From the NCBI GenBank assembly GCA_965240325.2, contig OZ251227.1, positions 1,612,001 to 1,676,000 on the forward strand: a stretch of 64,000 nucleotides of DNA, given 5' to 3'. This document shows positions 35,813-44,584 of the stretch, in pieces. Origin of the DNA: Rebecca billardiae RCC1528 (lineage: Eukaryota > Protista > Haptophyta). The translations under genes were made by a program, and so were the position numbers. Below the pieces are notes generated by a model that saw nothing but the letters and a program-made list of their open reading frames with translations, was not told the DNA's origin and made no database searches. Each line of letters starts with the position of its first letter. Positions within the stretch are counted from its first letter, which is position 1.

Positions 35813-36232
35813 AAACGCTAAAAGGCGCGAACCCGCTGGGGAAATATTGCGACAGCACTGGCACGGCCCGCCGACCCCCCCCGCCCGCCAGGGCACAGTT
35901 TTCACTTGTTTAGGAAATCGTCAAATAATAGGAAGTTCTTGACCAGCCTATGGTAGCGCGTACGCGACCGCCCGGGGAGCACGGGGCAGGCTCGACCAGC
36001 TGCTACCCGCGGCTGAGACTGCCAGCTGACATCCGGACCTGCACTTTCGCCCTTGCTCGGGGCACAGCAGGTCCATGCGAGCCGCGCAGCGCAGGTGGAT
36101 CGCGCTTCAGCAGCTCAAGGCCGCGCTCAAGCTTTACGATCGCGGTGCAGGCTATGCTCTGCCACCAACGCCGACTTCGTGTCGACGATCGGGCACTGCC
36201 GCCGACGAATCAGGAGACCCGCGTCGTCCTAC

Positions 36233-36501
36233 CAAGGGGCTTACAAAATACCACTGGGGGCGAAAGCGCCAGTGCGGAGCCCCGTCGCGACCCCGGCTCC
36301 TCAAACGGAAAGTGTCCGGTAGCTCTTATGGAAAAAAGACCGGAATGCCTTGAAAGAATACGAGATGTGTCGACAGATTACCCGCTTTCCCGGATTCAAA
36401 CTTCTCGCACAGTGTTTTCCACTCACCGGACACAATCCGTTTGAGGAGCCGGGGTGGCGACGACTGTGTTTCGCCCCCAGTGGTATTTTGTAAGCCCCTT
36501 G
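36233..36501. mobile_element. 269-bp MITE, P-element-like termini
   Basis: CAAGGGGCTTACAAAATACCACTGGGGGCGAAA TIR; 7-bp duplication GTCCTAC at 36226-36232 and 36502-36508. Confidence 0.9.
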
Positions 36502-36583
36502 GTCCTACCTGTGTCGTTAAATCATAGAATGGGTATGGGGGTAGTGATAGATCCCCGGGCGGGCCGCACCTGTCTTGGCCACG

Positions 36584-37198
36584 ATGGCGTCGCCCAAATT
36601 CGACGTCGTCTTGGCGTGCTGCCGCAAAACTCTCATGATCGGAAGATGCGGGAAGCTGCCATGGCCGCGCCTGCAACTTGATTACCACTTCTACCATCAG
36701 CTTGTGAGCTCCACGCGCGACCCGCTCAAGCGTAACGCCATGATCATGGGTACGCGCACATTCAGCAACATGCAGAAATACAGCCCCTGGGCGTTCGACC
36801 TGGGCCTCCTAGCCCTCCCTGTGGTCCTCACCCGCCGTCCGGAAGCGGATGCCCGGGCGCTCTTCAAGATACCCAAGGACGTGCTTGTTGCTGAATCTCT
36901 CGAACACGCGATGCAGCTCGTGGCAACGGACGAGGTTGTCGGTGACGTGGCCGTCGAGAAGGCATATGTTCTTGGGGGAGCTGCGCTGTATGCGGAAGCC
37001 CTCGCATCGGACAGGCTCGAGCGCGCGTATGTGACGTGGGTCGATCTGCTACATGAGGAACGCACCCCTGATGACTTGTGCCTTCCTGCTGGTTGCTTTG
37101 ATCAACTCGTGTTGGATCCGCAATGTTCCCGTGCAGGGAAGGTTCACACGAGCTCACATGGGATTGGTTTTGAGTTCAACACGTTTGTCCGAGGATGA
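36584..37198 (+). CDS. DHFR: Divergent monofunctional dihydrofolate reductase
   Basis: IGRCGKLPWPRLQLD, DPLKRNAMIMGTRTF, VLTR, SLEHA, VLGGAALYAEAL, YVT and GIGFEFNTFVR; stop codon with no thymidylate synthase domain following. Confidence 0.92.
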   Translation: MASPKFDVVLACCRKTLMIGRCGKLPWPRLQLDYHFYHQLVSSTRDPLKRNAMIMGTRTFSNMQKYSPWAFDLGLLALPVVLTRRPEADARALFKIPKDVLVAESLEHAMQLVATDEVVGDVAVEKAYVLGGAALYAEALASDRLERAYVTWVDLLHEERTPDDLCLPAGCFDQLVLDPQCSRAGKVHTSSHGIGFEFNTFVRG

Positions 37199-37228
37199 TT
37201 CTGACTCAATTAGATACGACGGACCGGC

Positions 37229-37345
37229 CGAGAGAGAGAGAGAGAGCCGAGAGAGAGAGAGCCGAGACGGAGAGAGAGAGCTGAGAGAGAGAGAGAGAGA
37301 GAGCTGAGAGAGTGAGAGACGGAGTCACTAGCGAAAGAGAGCGAG
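37229..37345 (+). repeat. Imperfect (GA)n microsatellite
   Basis: Direct reading. Confidence 0.9.
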
Positions 37346-37454
37346 ACGAGAGCGGAGTCCTGAGCGGAGAGACTCGGACTGCTACTTGCTAGATAGAGTC
37401 TAGAGATAGCTATACTGTGAAGCCTGAGTATCACATTAGTATTTAATATATATA

Positions 37455-39071
37455 TGACCGCGTTCCGCGGTCCTTTTCCGTAGAACGAACGTAGTTCGGG
37501 GCCCGCGGTGGCGGTGCACCCTCCGTCGCAGTCGTCCCGTACACGTGTAACTAGACTCCATCCAGCGGCGCGCCGCCCCAGCGCCGCGCCGCCGCCGGCG
37601 TGCGCCGAGTGTGGATGTCGGTCGTCGGCCGAGCTGCCCTCATCACAGACGGCCCTTACCTGACCCCCTGCGCGTGCGCGACGGCCGACAGGCGGATGCG
37701 ACTCGGCGTGATCGACGCACGAGCGCGACTCTTGCACGCCAGGCCACCGGCGGAGCTGACTGACAGCCAGGGAGCCGGACGGCGCGGGACCGCGCGGATT
37801 CGACCGTTCGTTCGGGCCTGCCGCTGACCGTCGTCGCCGCGACGCCAGCAGCGCAGGAGTAGATGATCTGCAGGTCAGTAGGGTTCGACCTGCGCGCCTG
37901 CGCGACGGCCGACAGGCGGGCGCGAGGCGTGAGCGACGCATGAGCGCGACTCAACGTGCACACCAGGCACCACGCGGCCGAGCTGACTGACCGCGAGCCA
38001 GGGAGCACGGTGCGAGCAGCCATGCAGCACCGGTGCTTGCGCGCGCCGCGCGTGCACGGGGTGACACACCTCGGTCAGGCTCGGCACGCGTCGCAGAGGC
38101 ACGGCCAGCTCTGGGCACGCCAGGCGCCCAGGCCACGCGGAGCTGACAGCCACGGGGAGCCGACGGCGCGCGGGGCCGCGGCCAGTTCCGAGTTCGACTT
38201 GCGCCTGCTCTGAAGAAGAGTTCTGGGAGACCCTGGCGGAGAGGCATGGCAAGGGGGGCGTGTGGTGAAGTCGGAGACTCCGAGATCGATCAGTCCGGCA
38301 TCATGCGCCGCTGCCCCCGAGCTTGCGAGAGCCCGAACACAGGGCGGCGGCTGCGGCGGCGGCGGCGCGGCCGCGCGCCGGCCGGCCGCGCAGGCATCGA
38401 CAGGGCGCGGCAGGGGCGTGCGGAGTGACTAGTGAGCGGGCACGAACGCGATGTCGACGGCCGTCGGGACCCGCCGCAGACGCGCGCTCCAGGCGCCACT
38501 CGGCACTTGCCACGCGCACCTGCCCATCGAGCGCCCCCTTGCGGACCAACCAAGAGTCGTCGAGGCTCGCTCGCCACCCCAGCAGAAGAAACCTGCACAG
38601 CACGTCGTCCTTGCGACGACGGCAGGTTTTGAGCTCGCCAGCTCGGTAAGTCAGTGACTATGGAATGGGCTGGCAACGAATAGCTGCGCGGGTATTTTCA
38701 ATAAGGCTTGCGGGTTTTAGACTCTAGATACCAACCGCCGCGAAGCCAAGTTCATATTCATCAAGGCGGAGGCAAACTATCACACATGAACGAGAGTCTA
38801 CCCACAAAATCGCGCTCGTCACGAACCGTTACGTTAATGTCACGTCCAGCTGACGTCCAGATCGCACTTTACTTAAGGGAATGAGCTGGACGCGCTTATT
38901 TTCGGCCTAATAGACCTCTCTATGCGATCTCAAAAACTCGAAACTCGGTCTCCGCCAGCCCTAAAAATCGCCCCCCGTCCCTTTTTTCTTGATCAAAGAT
39001 CTTTTTGAAACGTGGTTCGGGCCCGCTGGTGCGGGCTCCACGCTGCGCGCTCCGCCCTGCACCGCGGGCCA
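37455..39071 (-). mobile_element. Asymmetric-end element copy E2
   Basis: TGACCGCGTTCCGCGGTCC at the left; about 250 bp at the right is the reverse complement of the E1 5' end. Confidence 0.85.
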
Positions 39072-39080
39072 TAATAGTAA

Positions 39081-41199
39081 TGACCGCGTTCCGCGGTCCT
39101 TTTCCGTAGAACCAACGCAGTTGGGGGCCCGCGGCGCAGTGGTTGAGAATGAGACCGTGACGTCGTCAATCCGCACGGTCTGGCGTCTGCCTGGCAGTCA
39201 GACAGGCCGAGCCGCACCGTCTCGGAGAGTGAGTGAGAGTCAGACCCGTCCGTCGGACTCGCGGCGCGTGAATGGGCGCGCCGACGGCCAAGGGTGGCAC
39301 GGGACACCAGCGGACGGGCCGCGCGGGGAAGCGGGGCGGCGCGCGCGCAGGGCGAGAGGCGCGGACGGGCCGCGCGGGGAAGCGGGGCGGCGCGCGTGCA
39401 GGGCGAGAGGCGCCGCGCGGCGCGGGCCGGCGCGTGCGCGCGCGCGCGCGCACCTGCTAGAGGTGCTCGCGCTGCGCCATGCGCTCGACGAAGGGCCGCT
39501 GGTCGCTCAGCCGGCGCGCCTCGGGCCGGCATAGCGAGAGCGCGCGCCACTGCTGCCCGCCCACGCTGCGCAGCCACGCGCAGACCGAGCGGAGCTCGGG
39601 GTGGGACGAAGCGAGTGGCGTGTCGCGCCCGCCGCCAGGCGCACGCGTGCCCTGCTCCGCACCGCGCCGCCGTGCTCGCCCGCCGCCTGCTCCGCCGCGT
39701 CGGCCTCGAGGATGGCGGCGGCCAGCGGCAGGCTGAGCGGCGCGCGCTCGCCCACCGTAGCTTCGAGGGCCGTCCACACCTGCTCGAGCTGCTGCAGGGC
39801 GTGGACAAGGGCAGCGCGCGCGCCCAGCGCATCCGTGCCGCGTGACGCAGCGCGTCGAGCTCGGCGTCTCGCTTCGCCAGCTCGGCGCCCAGCGCCTCTG
39901 CGCGCACGCGTCGAGCTCGGCGTCGCGCTTTGCCAGCTCGGCGCCCAGCGCCTTCACGCGCACGTGCTCGTGTATCTGCGCGCGCACGGCCTGCGCGCCG
40001 CCGCCCATCTGCGCGCGCAGACTCGGACTCGTCGCGGCTGGCTGCTAGGGAGTGCTAGGGTGCGCGCCGCGTAGTCGATGGCCAAGGCCTGCAGCCAGCG
40101 CGCCTGCACCGAGAAAAGAAGGCGCGGCACGCGCGCTATAACCCAGTCCACGCAGACACGCGAGCGCGTGCTGGAGCGGCGCGCCGGGGCAACCGTCCAC
40201 GTCGGCCGCGCGGGAGCCGCAGGTACTCTCGCGTGCCTGCGCGACGCAGCGCGCACGCACAGCGAAACGGGCGCGGGGTAGAATTCAGGAGAGCGCCGCC
40301 GCCCGCGCACCACCCCACCGAGAGTGCGCACATGCGCACGCCACGACATGGCACGACATGGCGCACGAGTCGGACGCAACGCCCGACAGACAGAAGCCTT
40401 CGAAAATCCGCGCGCGCCCGCAAACGCGGCCGCGCGCGCGGGCGGGCGCGCGGGCGTGCGTGCGCCACCCGCGCGGGAGGCGCCCGCGGCCGCGCGGGCG
40501 GCGCGCGCGCGGCGCGCGCTCCGCGCGGTCGTCCACACCGATGGCGGTCGATCGAGGGCGACGAGGGCTCGCCCCGTTTTGGAGCGAGCGCGTGCCGCGC
40601 GCCCCCTGGCCCCCAACTGGGTATGATAATACCCACAATTACCCAAAATGACCTTATGCCCCCAACACCGTTAGCGAGCCAATGTACTGATATGATAGAC
40701 TGAACGAGAGTACCCACAATTACCCAATATACTCCAGTAGTGAATACGACCCCGACGAAGCCAATATATATCGGTTGGTTACTTCACTGATCCCGTAAGG
40801 ACGTGCAAAAATAGCCTCAAAGAAGTGGTGGTTGGTTGGGGGCTGGCCAGGGTAGGGCTGGAGGCTTCGGCCGCCAGTCTGATCACCCGGAGCCCGTTAT
40901 AAAGGGGAATTTAGGAGAAGCTGACGCTTGTATTGGACTTGTAACCGTCCTACTTCACACAGAAGTGAACTCTCACGCCCGGCCGTCCACGATTGATTAG
41001 GGGAATGTCGTGGACGCGGTTTTTTTCTCCGTGATGCATCTGTAGAGAGGGTCTCAAAATTCGAAACTCGGTCTCCGCCAGCTAGCCCTAAAAATCGGCC
41101 CCCGCGTCCCTTTTTCTTGATCAAAGATCTTTTTGAAACGTGGTTCCGGCCCGCTGGTGCGGGCTCCACGCTGCGCGCTCCGCCCTGCACCGCGGGCCA
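39081..41199 (-). mobile_element. Asymmetric-end element copy E3 with gene-fragment-like cargo
   Basis: TAA|TGACCGCG...CCGCGGGCCA|TAA; interior ~39330-39700 is homologous to ~57270-57670 and includes a duplicated ALGAELAKRDAELDA coding segment. Confidence 0.85.
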
Positions 41200-41675
41200 T
41201 AATTTAAGCTGCGCTAGATCGCGTATACTATTACCGAGTCACGACGATCTATCGACTTATTCAGAGTCTTATTAGCAGACTATATTTCCGGCAGGCCACC
41301 GCCCACCGGGCGCCGCGTACAAGCGGTCCTCGTCTTGGCACCGCCTCTCTAGGGGCAGATCGTATGTGTATCCCGACGACATGAACATTAGAGTGCCCTT
41401 TGCCGCACCGTCACCAGAAGGCGGCGACGTCGTCGACAGTTGGGATCAGTCGAGTGGTAGTCGCTGGCGTCGGCTCATTTGGGCGCGCGCGGCGGGCTGC
41501 CGCTGCGCGCGCCGATGACGCTCCAAGCTGTTGAGGGGGGCTGCTGCGAGTCCCCTTGGTGCCGAGCTGGTTACCTCGGGGGCATCAGCTGGCGAGCCCG
41601 GCTGTGCCAGTGATATCCGGACCCCTTGTGAGCTCCGCGCCAGGCCCACCAAAATGACAACTGCGCAACAAATCA

Positions 41676-42772
41676 CGGATATCCCACTGCTGTCCTGTGC
41701 CATAGGACTGGGTCCTATGCCACAGCCACAGGACAGCCACAGGGACGACTCAGTAGACGACATTTTCTCATATTGCCGAATGGTACGACTGCACCTAGGG
41801 GTCGGTAGCAGTGTCGCCACCATCCGCCAGAGCGAGCTTGTTGTGATTTTCGACCACCACCGCATGTTTTGGGCTCCACGGATGGAGCGCGTGAAGCCGT
41901 CGCGGTCGTTGCCGCCTTGCGACTCCACGGCGGCAACGCCGACCGCCATGTGGCACTTGTAGATGACACCCAGCTTGATGCTCACACATCGTGGTTCACT
42001 GTGTTCGACCGGAGCCGTATGAGGTTCATCCACAATGCGTTTTGGTCCTCGCCAAGCATGGCATTGTACGTCACGCCGGGGCTGCGCGCGCAAGCTGCTG
42101 CGGGTCTCTCGCGTCGTCAGGTGGTTGCGATGGAGCATCGGCGCGCATGTAGAGCAAGCCTCGGAGGTAGCCGGAACATCTTGCCATGTCGCGTGCGTGG
42201 ATGGTATCGCACCTGTAGACACGCCATGCGTGTGCCGCAGTCGATTTACGCGACGCTCGACCCGCACGCTATTGGATTCGTGGGCTCATCGTCCACAAGG
42301 ACGGCTGCCACCATCGTGGGAGGTCCGTGGCCGCTCGCACAATGGCGGTTGCCCTCTCTTCGCCCCGCCCCAAATCGGTGTGCTACGGGCAGCAACGCGC
42401 CTGGCGGCGTGGGCGGCGGTGCGGGCGGTGGCGCGGGCATCCGGCGCGAGCACTCGCCTGCGCTGTCCGTGCCCAGGGTCGCCGCTCGGCTGCCAGGGGC
42501 GAGCAACTGACGCTGTCATGTGCTGGTTGTGGGGCCGTCCCTGGACGCCGGTTGTCCCACAACCGAGCGCGCGCGCGCGCGCGTACGCGCGCGCGCGCCC
42601 GATCGCTGTAGCAGTGGCGGCAGGCGGAGACGGTGTGTGTCAATAGCCGGTTGAGTTGTGTGTACGATATAGCCACACCGATGATCGTACGCGCAGAACT
42701 GAGGCGCTGGCGCTCTGGTGATCTTGTCCTATGGCATAGGACTGAGTCCTATCTGTTGCAGGGGGATATCCG
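41676..42772. mobile_element. 1.1-kb TIR element, copy 1 (CGGATATCCC termini, 4-bp TSD ATCA)
   Basis: ATCA|CGGATATCCC...GGGATATCCG|ATCA; highly similar to 57672-58772. Confidence 0.92.
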
Positions 42773-42971
42773 ATCACGTAAAGTGACCGACGGTGACGAC
42801 TGTGAGTCGGAGTGACTGACGTGAGCGGCCGGCGTACATGTGCACTGCGGCTTACTTATAATGCAGCAGTACAATCATGCCGTACACAGCATCCGCCTCC
42901 GGCCCGAGTAGTTACTTAGAGTAGTCGTCTGTCATCGCGAGCCTCCTGACGAGTCCGGCCAGTCCGGCCTG

Positions 42972-44420
42972 TCATCGCGAGCCTCCTGACGTGTCCGGCG
43001 CACCCTCATCACTCACTTCACCGTTGGCCGGAGGCCGGGTAGTGCCTGTGGGACCCAAAGCTCTTGCGAGCATTGCGCCAAGTGCCAGCGTGGCAACGCA
43101 TAGCGCGAGGAGGAGGAGGAAGGGTGCGTGGACGTCAAGGGGAAATGGAAGCTCGCTGTGCGCGAAGGCGGCGTAGATGCTACCCATCGCAATGGGAGTG
43201 GCACCTCGGCCGAGACCTGACACGGACGCCACGAGGCCGTTGACCAAGCCCGCGTCTGCTGCGGTGACTAGGCTGTTGGTCATGAGCTGCAGCGCAATGA
43301 AGATGAGGGTGCCTGCTGCGCCGCGCACGGCTGCGATCAGCATCAGCGCAGGCCAGAGGAGCTGCGCAGGGAGCCTGGGCAGCACTGGCACGAGCGCAAT
43401 GTAGCAGCCGGCGAGCGCCTGGCCCAGCTCGAGGCAGCCCGGCAGGCCCAAGCGGCCGGCTGTCGCGGGAAAGGCGAGTGGTCCGATGACCAGAACAATG
43501 CCGGTCGGTGCGAGGGCCATCCCGAGCTGCGCGGGGTCGAGGCCGAGCCCCCTGCTGCGGCTCGCGAGGAAGATGGGGACGACCTCGGCGACGCCCCCAA
43601 AGTAGAGCTGCACGGCGAGGTGGACGCCGATGGTGATGGGCACTGCCGCGTGGAGCCCCCACACGCGCCGAGACTCGCGCGGTGGAGCGGCCGCGGTCGC
43701 AGCAGCCGGTGCACTGGCAGACTCTCCGGCCGCCTCGTCCGCAAGACGGCGCCACCCCCGAGCAGGGACCGGCTCGTCGAAGAAGGCCAGCGCCACGAGC
43801 CCGACGCCGGGGCCAACAATCGCCGCACCCACGTACACGAGCAGAAATGGGTGGCGGTCGAAGACCGTGCCGCCGAGGAGCTGCGGGAAGGCGTCAGCCG
43901 GGCGGCTCAGCAGCGCGGCCAGCAGCGGTCCCAGCGCGTGCCCTGCGCCGTATGCCACGCCAAGGGCGGAGAAGCCGCGCGCCCGATTGTCCTCGGTGGT
44001 GATCTCGCGCATGGTAGCGTAGCAGATGCCTGCAGTCGCGTGCAGGAGTCCGCAGAGGCTGCGCGCGGCGAGCGCCTGCAAGAGGGTCGTCGCCATGCCA
44101 AAAGCGACAAGGCACGCGGCGGTGGTCGTCAGGCCAAGGGCGAGGACGCGCCTGCGGCCGTACACGTCGCTCATGCGGCCCCAGAAGGCGCCGACCGCGA
44201 AGGTGGAGAGGAAGTAGGCCGACTGGAGGAGACCTGCAGCGTAGCCAACACCCTCCTCAGCCACCCCAAAGGTCTGGACGAGGAAGGGGAGGGTCGGCAG
44301 CGGCGCCGTGAAGGCTAGAACCTCGCCCATGGTCACGAGCACGAGGATAACCACCGAACGCCAGGGCAGGGGTGCGGACTCAGGCGCCGGGGGAGCCTCC
44401 CCGGCGGGAGGGGCCCACAT
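42972..44420 (-). CDS. MFS transporter (ZIF-like/DHA1)
   Basis: GYAAGLL.SAYF, WGRMSDVYGRRRV, ARSLCGLL, REITTEDNRARGFS and FDRHPFLL motifs. Confidence 0.92.
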   Translation of the reverse strand: MWAPPAGEAPPAPESAPLPWRSVVILVLVTMGEVLAFTAPLPTLPFLVQTFGVAEEGVGYAAGLLQSAYFLSTFAVGAFWGRMSDVYGRRRVLALGLTTTAACLVAFGMATTLLQALAARSLCGLLHATAGICYATMREITTEDNRARGFSALGVAYGAGHALGPLLAALLSRPADAFPQLLGGTVFDRHPFLLVYVGAAIVGPGVGLVALAFFDEPVPARGWRRLADEAAGESASAPAAATAAAPPRESRRVWGLHAAVPITIGVHLAVQLYFGGVAEVVPIFLASRSRGLGLDPAQLGMALAPTGIVLVIGPLAFPATAGRLGLPGCLELGQALAGCYIALVPVLPRLPAQLLWPALMLIAAVRGAAGTLIFIALQLMTNSLVTAADAGLVNGLVASVSGLGRGATPIAMGSIYAAFAHSELPFPLDVHAPFLLLLALCVATLALGAMLARALGPTGTTRPPANGEVSDEGAPDTSGGSR

Positions 44421-44584
44421 CTCCGCCTCGCTCGCAGCCCGCACGGTTCCTCTCACGGCCAGCAGCCGGGCGCGCGACCGCGCGGCCGGGCTGCCGGCGA
44501 ACAGCACAGTACGGCCCTTGACTCTGGGTTCCTGACGAACGTTCCTGATTCCTGAACCCATCCTGATTTGAGCCGACGGCCAGC

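Larger units (their letters stand above)
34176..36533. mobile_element. Non-autonomous TA-flanked TIR element with degenerate ORF cargo
   Basis: ATTCTATGATTTAA..GACACAG..TCTCCTGATTCGTC at the left is mirrored at 36203-36530 once the nested MITE is removed; TA on both sides. Confidence 0.7.

Noticed and set aside
27246-37198. Bacterial fol operon, contamination or recent block transfer
   Set aside because: Genes alternate strands, GCH1 has a host-type intron, HPPK-DHPS and DHFR look eukaryotic, and host-type transposons are interspersed.
20572-39071. Giant 18.5-kb TIR transposon carrying the folate cluster (inverted ~250-bp ends at 20572 and 39071); likewise 49940-60155
   Set aside because: Each of these ends pairs with its own nearby dissimilar 3' end with matching flanks (E1, E2, E4, E5). 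The inversion only reflects opposite orientation of independent copies, and the flanks of 49940/60155 (TTA vs TAA) disagree.
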